A program made the translations under genes and the position numbers. Below are positions 11,061 to 23,563 of a stretch of DNA of 64,000 nt, in pieces. Position 1 is the first letter of the stretch. Each line of letters begins with the position of its first letter. Source of the stretch: Heterodontus francisci (lineage: Eukaryota); the NCBI RefSeq assembly GCF_036365525.1, contig NC_090378.1, positions 124,419,593 through 124,483,592 on the forward strand. Direction: 5' to 3'. The notes beneath the pieces were generated by a model, which ran no database searches, was not told the origin of the DNA, and worked only from the letters and a program-made list of their open reading frames with translations.

Positions 11061-13746
11061 GTACCTGAGTACACAGACTGGATTGTGAAGTGTGATGTAC
11101 CTGAGTACACAGACTGGACTGTGAAGTGTGATGTTCCTGAGTACACAGACTGGATTGTGAAGTGTGATGTACCTGAGTACACAGACTCAACTGTGAAGTG
11201 TGATGTACCTGAGTACACAGACTGGACTGTGAAGTGTGATGTACCTGAGTACACAGACTGGACTGTGAAGTGTGATGTACCTGAGTACACAGACTGGACT
11301 GTGAAGTGTGATGTACCTGAGTACACAGACTGGATTGTGAAGTGTGATGTACCTGAGTACACAGACTGGATTGTGAAGTGTGATGTACCTGAGTACACAG
11401 ACTGGACTGTGAAGTGTGATGTACCTGAGTACACAGACTGGACTGTGAAGTGTGATGTACCTGAGTACACAGACTGGATTGTGAAGTGTGATGTTCCTGA
11501 GAACACAGACTGGATTGTGAAGTGTGATGTACCTGAGTACACAGACTGGATGGTGAAGTGTGATGTACCTGAGTATGCAGACCGGATTGTGAATTGTGAT
11601 GTTCCTGAGTACATAGATTGGATTGTGAAGTGTGATGTACCTGAGTACACAGACTGGATTGTGAAGTGTGATGTACCTGAGTACACAGACTGGACTGTGA
11701 AGTGTGATGTACCTGAGTACACAGACTGGATTGTGAAGTGTGATCTACTTGAGGACACAGACTGGATTGTGAAGTGTGATGTACCTGAGAACACAGACTG
11801 GACTGTGACGTGTGATGTACCTGAGTACACAGACTGGATTGTGAAGTGTGATGTACCTGAGTACACAGATTGGATTGTGAAGTGTGATGTTCCTGAGTAC
11901 ACAGACTGGATTGTGAAGTGTGATGTATCTGAGTACACAGACTGGATTGTGAAGTGTGATGTACCTGAGTACACAGACTGGATTGTGAAGTGTGATCCAG
12001 TTGAGTACACAGACTGGATTGTGAAGTATGATGTATCTGAGTACACAGACTGGATTGTGAAGTGTGATGTATCTGAGTACACAGACTGGATTGTGAAGTG
12101 TGATGTACCTGAGTACACAGACTGGATTGTGAAGTGTGATCTACTTGAGTACACAGACTGGATTGTGAAGTGTGATGTACCTGAGTACACAGACTGGACT
12201 GTGAAGTGTGATGTACCTGAGTACACAGACTGGATTGTGAAGTGTGATGTACCTGAGTACACAGACTCAACTGTGAAGTGTGATGTACCTGAGTACACAG
12301 ACTGGACTGTGAAGTGTGATGTACCTGAGTACACAGACTGGACTGTGAAGTGTGATGTACCTGAGTACACAGACTGGACTGTGAAGTGTGATGTACCTGA
12401 GTACACAGACTGGATTGTGAAGTGTGATGTACCTGAGTACACAGACTGGATTGTGAAGTGTGATGTACCTGAGTACACAGACTGGACTGTGAAGTGTGAT
12501 GTACCTGAGTACACAGACTGGACTGTGAAGTGTGATGTACCTGAGTACACAGACTGGATTGTGAAGTGTGATGTTCCTGAGAACACAGACTGGATTGTGA
12601 AGTGTGATGTACCTGAGTACACAGACTGGATGGTGAAGTGTGATGTACCTGAGTATGCAGACCGGATTGTGAATTGTGATGTTCCTGAGTACATAGATTG
12701 GATTGTGAAGTGTGATGTACCTGAGTACACAGACTGGATTGTGAAGTGTGATGTACCTGAGTACACAGACTGGACTGTGAAGTGTGATGTACCTGAGTAC
12801 ACAGACTGGATTGTGAAGTGTGATCTACTTGAGGACACAGGCTGGATTGTGAAGTGTGATGTACCTGAGTACACAGACTGGACTGTGACGTGTGATGTAC
12901 CTGAATACACAGACTGGATTGTGAAGTGTGATGTACCTGAGTACACAGATTGGATTGTGAAGTGTGATGTTCCTGAGTACACAGACTGGATTGTGAAGTG
13001 TGATGTATCTGAGTACACAGACTGGATTGTGAAGTGTGATGTACCTGAGTACACAGACTGGATTGTGAAGTGTGATCTAGTTGAGTACACAGACTGGATT
13101 GTGAAGTGTGATGTATCTGAGTACACAGACTGGATTGTGAAGTGTGATGTATCTGAGTACACAGACTGGATTGTGAAGTGTGATGTACCTGAGTACACAG
13201 ACTGGATTGTGAAGTGTGATCTACTTGAGTACACAGACTGGATTGTGAAGTGTGATGTATCTGAGTACACAGACTGGATTGTGAAGTGTGATGTTCCTGA
13301 GTACACAGACTGGATTGTGAAGTGTGATGTATCTGAGTACACAGACTGGATTGTGAAGTGTGATGTATCTGAGTACACAGACTGGATTGTGAAGTGTGAT
13401 GTACCTGAGTACACAGACTGGATTGTGAAGTGTGATCTACTTGAGTACACAGACTGGATTGTGAAGTGTGATGTATCTGAGTACACAGACTGGATTGTGA
13501 AGTGTGATGTTCCTGAGTACACAGACTGGATTGTGAAGTGTGATGTATCTGAGTACACAGACTGGATTGTGAAGTGTGATGTATCTGAGTACACAGACTG
13601 GATTGTGAAGTGTGATGTTCCTGAGTACACAGACTGGATTGTGAAGTGTGATGTATCTGAGTGCACAGACTGGACTGTGAAGTGTGATCTACTTGAGTAC
13701 ACAGACTGGACTGTGAAGTGTGATGTACCTGAAAACACAGGCTGGA
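11061..13746. repeat. 36-bp minisatellite, right part (~74 units)
   Basis: Same unit as 9379-9681, with an internal 1080-bp duplication. Confidence 0.97.
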
Positions 13747-13982
13747 GAGCAGAGAGAGGGCTCCCAAGTTTCCCGATGTGACACTGGAGACATTAATAGA
13801 GGAGGTACAAAGGAGGAGAGAATCAATGTTTGCACAAGGAGCCAGGAGGCCCTCAAAGCAAAACTCTCAGAAGAGAATGGGAGCGATGACCAGGGAGGTC
13901 AATTCCTGGAGTCTGGACCTGAGGACCTGACAGCAGTGTCGCGAGAAGTTCAGTGACCTCACAGGGTGGTCAAGGTCAGTGA
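13747..13982 (+). mobile_element. Decayed Myb/SANT-like DNA-binding domain, probably from a PIF/Harbinger element
   Basis: Translates piecewise to ERAPKFPDVTLETLIEEVQRRR ... RT*QQCREKFSDLT, with frameshifts and a stop. Confidence 0.55.
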
Positions 13983-14795
13983 ATGTATCTTCACAGGACA
14001 TCTCCCACCAAGCACAGCACCAACCTCTCCTCCTGCTCATTGTACCACACCCCCATCACTCACCCAGTAACAATCCCGAGCACTCAGGATTCACTCCTGA
14101 CAGTCAAATACTCCACCTCACCCTCACACACCCACCAATGCATCCTAACCGCAACCCCCACCCCCTGAAGAACCATGGTATCTCTGCTCCTACCCACCTC
14201 CACTGTTCATGCCTCTGTCATCCTTGAAGCCCCTCCCTCCCCTGGCATTCTGTTTGGCATCATTTAAACTGCAGCAATATTATTCAGTTCAGATTTCCTT
14301 TAAAAGGGACAGCCTGCCTTTAAGAAGAGCAGCCTGGCTGCAAAACATGGTTTGTGAACAACACAACTGGGACCCTCTGAGGAACACAGAGGCTGTCATC
14401 AGCATCTGTAAACAATTTCTGCTCATCTTGTTCACATCTTGTTAACTTAATTCTGCTTATTGTTAAAACATGAAATCAACATCTCAACATTGTCCAACTT
14501 TAGCACAGCCTGTCTGCATATATTACTCAACAGGATATATCTTTACTGACAAGGAGACCTTTTTAAATATAATAATGACACATTTCTGATAATCATATTC
14601 ATAAAGTTTTTATTCTCCCTTTCATTAGTTCTATGCTCATTGACACAATGCTGTGGTTTCTACTTTGCCAAATGTAGTAGCCATTTGTAATGTTTTTGGT
14701 GCTGTTCAAATTTATTTCATCAAACTTACACTTAAAATATGCAGACATTATTCTGAATGGTATTAAATGTAACAAACTCAGGTCTGACTCCCAGC

Positions 14796-15308
14796 AGCTC
14801 AAATAGAGGGAGGGATGGAGCTCAGACAGAGGGAGGGATGGAGCTCAGACACAGGGAGGGATGAAGCTCAGATAGAGGGAGGGATGGAGCTCAGACAGAG
14901 GGAGGGATGGAGCTCAGACACAGGGAGGGATGAAGCTCAGATAGAGGGAGGGATGGAGCTCAGACAGAGGGAGGGATGGAGCTCAGACAGAGGGAGGGAT
15001 GGAGCTCAGATAGAGGGAGGGATGGAGCTCAGATAGATGGAGGGATGGAGATCAGATAGAGGGAGGGATGGAGCTCGGATGGAGGGAGGGATGGAGCTCA
15101 GATAGAGGGAGGGATGGAGCTCAGACAGAGGGAGGGATGGAGCTCGGACACAGGGAGGGATGAAGCTCAGATAGAGTGAGGGATGGAGCTCAGACAGAGG
15201 GAGGGATGGAGCTCAGATAGAGGGAGGGATGGAGCTCAGATAGATGGAGGGATGGAGATCAGATAGAGGGAGGGATGGAGCTCGGATGGAGGGAGGGATG
15301 GAGCTCAG
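14796..15308. repeat. 23-bp G-rich minisatellite (~22 units)
   Basis: Unit GGAGCTCAGA(C/T)AGAGGGAGGGAT. Confidence 0.95.
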
Positions 15309-15438
15309 GGAGGTGTGTATCTGAGAGGAAAGAGGATGTCCCTCCACCAATCCATGCAGCTCCCTGCTCCCCCATCCTGACGACAGTCTCCACTATTACA
15401 GTTCGATGGTTTTCACCTTGTACGTTTTACTGATGTGA

Positions 15439-16504
15439 TGGATGAATGGAGCCTTGGCTGGAGACGGCACTGGATGGACGGAGCCCTGGCTGGAGCCTGC
15501 ACTGGATGAATGGAGCCCTGGCTGGAGACTGCACTGGATGAATGGAGCCCTGGCTGGAGACTGCACTGGATGAATGGAGCCCTGGCTAGAGACTGCACTG
15601 GATGAATGGAGCCCTGGCTGGAGACGGCACTGGATGAATGGAGCCCTGGCTGGAGACTGCAGTGGATGAATGGAGCCCTGGCTGCAGACTGCAGTGGATG
15701 AATGGAGCCTTGGCTGGAGACTGCACTGGATGAATGGAACCCTGGCTGGAGACTGCACTGGATGAATGGAGCCCTGGCTAGAGACTGCACTGGATGAATG
15801 GAGCCCTGGCTGGAGACGGCACTGGATGAATGGAGCCCTGGCTGGAGACTGCAGTGGTTGAATGGAGCCCTGGCTGCAGACTGCAGTGGATGAATGGAGC
15901 CTTGGCTGGAGACTGCACTGGATGAATGGAACCCTGGCTGGAGACTGCACTGGATGAATGGAGCCTTGGCTGGAGACTGCACTGGATGAATGGAGCCCTG
16001 GCCTGGAGACTGCACTGGATGAATGGAGCCCTGACTGGAGACTGCACTGGATGAATGGAGCCCTGGCTGGAGACTGCACTGGATGAATGGAGCCCTGGCT
16101 GGAGACTGCATTGGATGAATGGAGGCCTGGCTGGAGACTGCACTGGATGAATGGAGCCCTGGCTGGAGACTGCATTGGATGAATGGACCCCTGACTGGAG
16201 ACTGCACTGGATGAATGGAGCCCTGGCTGGAGACTGCATTGGATGAATGGAGCCCTGGCTGGAGACTGCACTGGATGAATGGAGCCCTGGCTGGAAACTG
16301 CATTGGATGAATGGAGCCCTGGCTGGAGACTGCACTGGATGAATGGAGCCCTGGCTGGAGACTGCACTGGATGAATGGAGCCCTGGCTGGAGAATGCACT
16401 GGATGAATGGAGCCTTGGTTGGAGACTGCACTGGATGAACGGAGCCCTGGCTGGAGACTGCACTGGATGAATGGAGCCCTGGCTGGAGACTGCACTGGAT
16501 GGAT
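15439..16504. repeat. 32-bp minisatellite (~33 units)
   Basis: Unit TGGATGAATGGAGCCCTGGCTGGAGACTGCAC. Confidence 0.95.
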
Positions 16505-16579
16505 TAAAGGAAAATGTACATTTTAAATACAGCAACTCAGAGACTAGTCAGGGAGGGTGGGACAGTAACCAGTTCATGT

Positions 16580-18068
16580 TGCGCCCATAGCCAAGCTGTT
16601 CCAGTTCAGGTACAACACTGGCATCTACCCTGCAATGTGGAAAATTGCCCAGGTATGTCCTATACACAAAAAGCTGGACAAATCCAACCCGGCCAATTAC
16701 CGCCCCATCAGCCGACTCGCAATCATCGGTAAAGTGATGGAAGGTGTCATCAACAGTGCCATCAAGCGGCACCTGCTTAGCAATAACCAGCTCAGTGACG
16801 CTCAGTTTGGGTTCCGCTAGGGCCACTCAGCTCCTGACCTCATTACAGCCTTGGTTCAAACATGGACAAAAGAGCTGAACTCAAGAGGTGAGGTGAGAGT
16901 GACCGCCCTTGACATCAAGGCAGCATTTGACAGAGTATGGCATCAAAGAGCCCGAGCAAAACTGAGGTCAATGGGAATCAGGGGGAAACCCTCCACTGGC
17001 TGGAGTCATACCTAGCACAAAGGAAGATGGTTGTGGTTGTTGGAGATCAATCATCTGAGCTCCAGGACAACACTGCAGGAGTTCTGTAGGGTAGTGTCCT
17101 GGGCCCAACCATCTTCAGCTGCTTCATCAATGAGCTTCCTTCAATTATAAGGTCAGAAGTGGGGATGTTCGCTGATGATTGCACAATGTTCAGCACCATT
17201 TGTGACTCCTCAGATACTGAAGCAGTCCGTGTAGAAATGCAGCAAGACCTGGACAATATCCAGGCTTGGGCTAATAAGTGGCAAGTAACATTCGCGCCAC
17301 ACAAGTGCCAGGCACTGACCATCTCCAACAAGTAAGAATCTAAATATTTTCCCTTGACATTCAATGGCATTACAATCGCGGAATGCTCCACAATCAATAT
17401 CCTGGGGGTTACCATTGACCAGAAACTGAACTGAAGTAGCCATATAAATACCGTGGCTACAAGAGCAGGTCAGAGGCTAGGAATCCTGTGGCGGGTAACT
17501 CACCTCCTGACTCCCCAAAGCCTGTCCACCATCTACAAGGCACAAGTCAGGAGTGTGATGGAATACTCTCCACTTGCCTGGATGGGTACAGCTCCAACAA
17601 CACTCAAGAAGCTGGATACCATCCAGGACAAAGCAGCCTGCTTGATTGGCACCCCATCCACAAACATTCACTCCCTCCACAAGAGACCTACAATGGCAGC
17701 AGTGTGTACCATCTACAAGATGCACTGCAGTAAGACACCAAGCCTCCTTAGGCAACACCTTCCAAACCTGTGACATCTACCACCTAGATGGACAAGGGCA
17801 GCAGATGCATGGGAACACGACCACCTGCAAGTTCCCCTCCAAGTCACACACCATCCTGACTTGGAACTATATTCCCATTTCTTCACTGTCGTTGGGTCAA
17901 AATCCTGGAACTCCCTTCTTAACAGCACTGTGGGTATACCTACCCCAAATGGACTGCAGCGGTTCAAGAAGGCAGCTCACCATCACCTTCTCAAGGGCAA
18001 TTAGGGATGGACAATAAATGCTGGCCTAGCCAGTGATGCCCACATCCCATGAATGAATAAGAAAAAAC
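16580..18068 (+). mobile_element. 5'-truncated CR1-group LINE (RT and 3' tail), inactivated
   Basis: WKIAQVCPIHKK..NYRPIS, QFGFR, LDIKAAFDRVWH, GSVLGP and MFADD motifs with in-frame stops. Tail ends cccacatcccatgaatgaataa. Confidence 0.9.
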
Positions 18069-18774
18069 ATGTACAGGAGCTGACACAGAGTCTATCTCTC
18101 TCTCTCTCTCTCCATCTCACTCTCTCTTTCTATCTATCTCTCTCAATCTCTGTCCCATCCTCTACCTCTGATGGTGTTCTATGGGTGTGAGTGTTTAATA
18201 TAAGGTGGTGTTTGTCAGTATATTTTCTCTACTGTATGGTTTATGAACATGGTGAGAGGGGATAAGGGGTCTGTTCTTTGATGTGCGGCAGTGATGTCTG
18301 TCCCAGTGACTCAGACTGTGATGCTGTTGTTTTCTGTGACTGACACTATGATATCGATTGTAATTTCACTCAGTGTGACAGGAGGTTACATGGCTTGATC
18401 AGTGGTGAGGGCGGAGCAGACTGAACAAGGAGCTGTAATCATCAGTCACTGCCGAACACCTTCACACACACCGCACAGTCCGGAAACTTCTTCACTAAAT
18501 ATTCTTTCAGCTCCTTAATTACAGCCCTGGACCTGAAAAAGGAAAAAGAGAAAGACATCTTTTAGAGAGGGTCCTGGACACAATGCAGACTGTGCATTAC
18601 CCACTAATGACACTACCTCCATATTTAACTCATTGTTTAAACTCCAGCACACCTCCTGTTCCAATCCACATGTTTCAGCCAAAAAGCAGTATAATTCTAC
18701 AGCACAGGAGGAGGCCGTTCAGCCCTCGTCTCTCTGACGGCTGTTTGCTTGAGTAATTCACGACTAACATCTCA

Positions 18775-20250
18775 GTTTAACATCTGTTTTGGGGAAGTTA
18801 TTTGAATCTGTTATTAGGGACAGAATGACTGACAAATATAAACTGATCAGAGAGAGTCAGCACGGATTTAAAAAGGGTGAAACATGTTTAACTAACCGAG
18901 TTGTATTTTTTGAAGCGGTCACTAATGTGGTCGATAAGGGAATGTCTATGGATGTTATTTATATGGATTTCCAGAAGGCATTTGAGAAGGTTCCACACAA
19001 GAGACTGTTCGCAAAATGGAAGCATATGGAATGTGAGGAAATGTTTTGACATGGGTAAGGAATTGGTTAGGAGGTAGGAGACAGAGAGTAGGGATAATGT
19101 GTATTTACTCCAATTAGCAAGATGTGAATCGTGGTGTCCCCAGGGATCTGTGCTGGAGCCTCAACTTTTCACTATATTGATCAATGACTTGGATGAAGGA
19201 ATAGAGACATCTATCCAAGATTGCTGATGACACTAAGTTCAGCAGCTTGGAGGAGGTTCCAGAGATAGGGAGGGATTTGATAACAAGGATGAGAATTTTA
19301 AAACTGAGCCATTGCCGAACCAGGAGACAATGTTGTCCAATGAGCATCGAGGTGATGGGGGAACAGGACAGGACTTTCTGCGAGTTCGAACGCAGGCAGC
19401 AGAGTTTTAGATGAGATCAAGTTTACAGTGGGTAGAATGTGTGAGACCTGTCAGGAGAGCATTGGAATACTCAAGTCTAGAGGTAATAAATGCATGGATG
19501 AGGGTTTCAGCAGTGGATGAGCTGAGGTGTGGTAGAAACTGGTAATGTTAGCAATGTGGAAATAGGTGGTTTTCGTGATGATGTGGTTTATGTGGTCAGT
19601 AACACATCTCAGCATCAACTACAATGCCATGGCTGTGAACTGCCTGGTTCAGTCTCAGACAGTCCCTGGGAGAGGGATGGAATCAGTGGCTCGGGAATGG
19701 AGTTTGTGATGGGGACCGAAGACAATGGCAGATGGAGTTCAATGTGGACAGTGTGAGGTCATCCAGTTTGGACCTGAGAAAGATAAATCAGAGTAATTTC
19801 TAAATGGTGAGAAGCTGAGAACTGTGGAGGAACAGAGAGATTTAAGGGTCCAAGTACAGAAAGTACTAAAATCTAGTGACAGGTACAAAACATATTGAAT
19901 AAGGCTAATGGAATGTTGGTCTTTCTATCAAGGGGACTGGAATACAAAGGGGTTTTACTCCAGTTGAATAAAGCTCTGGTTTAACTGCATCTGGAGTAAC
20001 TGTGTTCAGTTCTGGGCCCCGCACCTCAGGAAGGAGAGATTGGCCTTGGAGGGGGTGCAGCACAGATTCACCAGAATGATACCGGGACTGAAAGGGTTAA
20101 ATTATCAGGACAGATTGTATAGACTAGGCTTGTATTCCCTTGAGTTCAGAGAATTTAGGGGTGATCTCATTGAGGTATTTAAGATGAATAAAGGATTAAA
20201 ATGATTCAGAGAGATCAAGAGAAACTGTTTCCTCTGGTGGGGGAGTCAAG
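18775..20250 (+). mobile_element. CR1 RT fragment split by an opposite-strand LINE fragment (~19245-19726)
   Basis: SQHGFKKGETCLTN, YMDFQKAFEKVPH and ADDTK motifs. The CR1 resumes at ggcagatggagttcaatg (~19727) and runs through the cagttctgggccccgcacctcagg region. Confidence 0.75.
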
Positions 20251-20974
20251 AGTATTCAGAGAATTCACTAAACAATCAGCTTTGATCTTCCCAATGTGTT
20301 TCCCAGTGAGACTGGGTCCTCAGTGCTGACTGCTCTCAGCTGCTGTTATTTTCACTGATTGGACGGTTATTATTAGAGACTCAGACCACAGCAGAAATCC
20401 CCAATGTAAAAAATAACTGCAAAGACTGTCAGTTCGGAAGATTGAAACTTAACCAACAGAGGAAGTGAAAGAAGGAGCTTGGAGCAGCTGGACGTTTGTT
20501 AATGACACGGGAGAAAACTGTGAACCGCACACACTATCTAGAATTTTACAGCACAGAAGGAGGCCATTCAGCCCATCGTGCCTGTGAGCTACCCAATTAG
20601 TCCCACTGCCCCTCTCTGGCCCAAAAACCCAGCAAATCTTTCCTTTTCAGGTATATCTCCAATTCCCTCTTCGAGACCTGGGCCCACAGTACGAGACTGT
20701 CCCTAACCTGGGCTCGAAATTGGCATCTCATTCATTCATTGGAAGACAAAATGCCTGGTGTGGGAAATGGAGCTCAGGACTCCGAACATTCCCTCTCCCC
20801 TCCTGAGCGACACTTCATGCTGGGGTGACAGTTCCATGGGCCCCGACAGCACATTCCTACCTCACCCACTTCCCCATTCTGTGTCTATAAGCCTGGACCC
20901 TGTCAACAGGATATTTGACTACAGGGACCATCACCACTGTATCCAATTCTGTCCCCACCCGAAATCCACACCCA

Positions 20975-21320
20975 ACTTGAATTTATATAGCGCCTATAAT
21001 ATACAAAACGTCACAAGATGCTTCACAGAGCTGCAGTATGAGGAACGGAGGAGGTGGTGAGGGGTCTTTAGGAAGAGTGATCAAAGGCTTGGGTGAAAGG
21101 ATAGAGTTTGATGGAGCAGAGAGAGACCTGGAGAGGGAGAGGGATTAATGGCGGGAGTTCAGAGAGCAGGGCCGAGGCATCTGAAGACCCTGCTGTCAAT
21201 GGTGGGATGAAGGAAGCAGCGATGGGCAGGAAAGCAGTGTCAGAAGATGGAAGAGTGAGAGAGGGAATGTGAGTCTGCAGCAGGAGGCAAAGGTAGGGAG
21301 GAGTGAGGCCATGGAGGAAA
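20975..21320 (-). mobile_element. Probable L2-like LINE 3' end fragment
   Basis: Begins with cttgaatttatatagcgcc...gcttcacag, the reverse complement of an L2-type tail. Degenerate. Confidence 0.4.
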
Positions 21321-21323
21321 ACA

Positions 21324-22043
21324 GAGGCCCATGTTTACTGGTCCCTATTGGAGGCCCAGTGGGATGGAGGCCCATGTTTACTGGTCCCTATTGGATGCCC
21401 AGTGGGATGGAGGCCCATGTTTACTGGTCCCTATTGGATGCCCAGTGGGAAGGAGGCCCATGTTTACTGGTCCCTATTGGATGCCCAGTGGGAAGGAGGC
21501 CCATGTTTACTGGTCCCTATTGGAGGTCCAGTGGGAAGGAGGCCCATGTTTACTGGTCCCTATTGGATGCCCAGTGGGATGGAGGCCCATGTTTACTGGT
21601 CCCTATTGGAGGTCCAGTGGGAAGGAGGCCCATGTTTACTGGTCCCTATTGGATGCCCAGTGGGAAGGAGGCCCATGTTTGCTGGTCCCTATTGGATGCC
21701 CAGTGGGAAGGAGGCCCATGTTTACTGGTCCCTATTGGAGGTCCAGTGGGAAGGAGGCCCATGTTTACTGGTCCCTATTGGATGCCCAGTGGGAAGGAGG
21801 CCCATGTTTACTGGTCCCTATTGGATGCCCAGTGGGAAGGAGGCCCATGTTTACTGGTCCCTATTGGAGGTCCAGTGGGAAGGAGGCCCATGTTTACTGG
21901 TCCCTATTGGAGGTCCAGTGGGAAGGAGGCCCATGTTTACTGGTCCCTATTGGATGCCCAGTGGGAAGGAGGCCCATGTTTACTGGTCCCTATTGGAGGT
22001 CCAGTGGGAAGGAGGCCCATGTTTACTGGTCCCTATTGGAGGA
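21324..22043. repeat. 43-bp minisatellite (~17 units)
   Basis: Unit GAGGCCCATGTTTACTGGTCCCTATTGGA(TGC/GGT)CCAGTGGGAAG. Confidence 0.95.
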
Positions 22044-22664
22044 CCAATGGAACATGGACACTATGGTTGATGTGGAGGACAGCTCCTTCATGTTGTAAAT
22101 GTTTGATTGTCCGCCCCTCATCCCAGTAAAACTCCAATGACCTGGAGCCTGACCATGGAAGGGGATGGAGACGGGAAGGGATTTGAACATGTTATGAGCT
22201 GACAGGATGGGGCAGTGGGTCAGACTCTGTCCTGTCCCTCCAGCTCACACTGATGGGGTGAGGATCTCCTCTCTCTGCTGGGCCTTCATGAAATGAGCTT
22301 TCTGTCCAAACCAGTCCCATTGAGAATAGGCCAACAGCACAGAACTGTCCTAAATTTGACAATAATCTGCCAGTCTTACTGAGAGAGGCCAAAGCATGGT
22401 CACTGTGGGGAATGGGGCCTTACTCCAGGAGAAGGCATGTTTCTGGTGTCAAGGGTTAACATCCATTGGTGGGGCAGAGCAGAGGGAGTTTTACCCTTCA
22501 TTTAACTGTGCTCCACCTGGGAGACTGTGGGAAAGAGAGAGTGAGGTGGAGGCTGTGAGACAGAGAGAGATAGAGAGGGAGACATTTAACTGCTGCACCA
22601 GGCCTCAAAGTGTTCCAGTCTCCAGTAATAACTCCTGTTTTAGAGATCAGTTACAGAATTACAG

Positions 22665-23183
22665 AACAATGGAGGGTGGGAGAGAGATGAGTAGGCAGAG
22701 GAACAAGGACAGAGAGATAGAGAGATAGGGAGGGAGAGAGACAGAGACAGGGAGACAGGGAGAGGAGGAGAGAGCAAAATAGGGAGAGTGAGATTGGAAG
22801 AACAAGATGGGGAGACAGGCAAAGAGTGAGGGAGAGAGAGATGAGTAGGCAGAAAGACAAAGACACAGACAGAGAGAGATACAGACAGAGAATGAGGGAG
22901 AGAGAGCGGACAGAGAGCAGGCAGAGAGACAAAGAGTGAGAGGTAGGGATGGGGAGAAGCAGAAAAAGAGAGAAAGAGATATGGAGAGAGAGACAAGGAG
23001 AATGAGGGAAGGGGAGTGAGAAAGATTTCAGGAGGGTGGGGGAGAGAGAGACAGTGAGTGAGAGGGAGAGGGCAAAAGAGGGAAAGGGATTGAGATAGGA
23101 GATAAAGAGGCAGAGAGAGAGGGGGTGAGAAATAGAAGGAGGGAGGTAGTGAGGGAAACAGAAAGAGAGAAGAGGAAGTGAGA
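22665..23183 (+). repeat. GA-rich polypurine low-complexity tract
   Basis: Almost purely purine on the + strand, directly upstream of the V promoter. Confidence 0.85.
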
Positions 23184-23268
23184 GTTGCTGACGTGCCTTT
23201 CTCTGGGTGATACCATTTACATACTGAGAAACAGGCAGTCAGACTCTCACAGGCTGCAGCTTTATAAA
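23171..23268 (+). promoter_or_regulatory. Ig light-chain V promoter
   Basis: PU.1/ETS-like AGAGGAAGTG (23171-23180), CRE-like TGACGT (23189-23194), octamer variant ATTTACAT (23215-23222; consensus ATTTGCAT) and TATAAA (23263-23268), about 60 bp before the ATG. Confidence 0.75.
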
Positions 23269-23328
23269 GCAGAGCCCAGTGAAGGGAGAGTTTATCAGTA
23301 ACCAGGCACAGAGACAGGAGCAGACACC

Positions 23329-23377
23329 ATGATTTCACCCATCCAGCTGATCTGGCCTCTGGCATTCTGCGTCGCAG
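23329..23377 (+). CDS. IGKV: Ig kappa-type light-chain leader exon (MISPIQLIWPLAFCVA-G)
   Basis: Kozak caccATG, hydrophobic signal peptide, phase-1 donor G|gtac. Resembles the shark NS4/type III leader as recalled. Confidence 0.93.
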
Positions 23378-23563
23378 GTACAAATCTCTCTCCTTCCACG
23401 GTTAATATTTTCCTGCTGTTTGTTTCAGTCCAATTCTACTGACTTGTGATTGGAAAGAAAATGATGAAACAAGAGGAGCGGTCACTGTCTCTAACAATAT
23501 TTCATTTTACAGGGTCTTTCTGTGACAGTTCTTACTTCACTCTGTTTCTCTATTACCCCTCAG

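Noticed and set aside
18440-18510. Possible inverted J segment (minus strand VFGSD next to CACAGTC at 18474)
   Set aside because: It reads FGSD followed by a stop rather than FGxGT, and there is no nonamer at 12 or 23 spacing.
15396-22129. Long ORFs at 15396-16535 and 21269-22129
   Set aside because: These are translations of the 32-bp and 43-bp minisatellites, with the same peptide cycling through all frames.
22640-23383. 247-aa Leu/Ser/Pro-rich ORF antisense to the V promoter
   Set aside because: It is a translation of the CT-rich low-complexity strand.
23446-23563. N-terminus of ORF 23446..23952 as the real start of the V protein
   Set aside because: It is intron sequence. The true start is the leader ATG at 23329.
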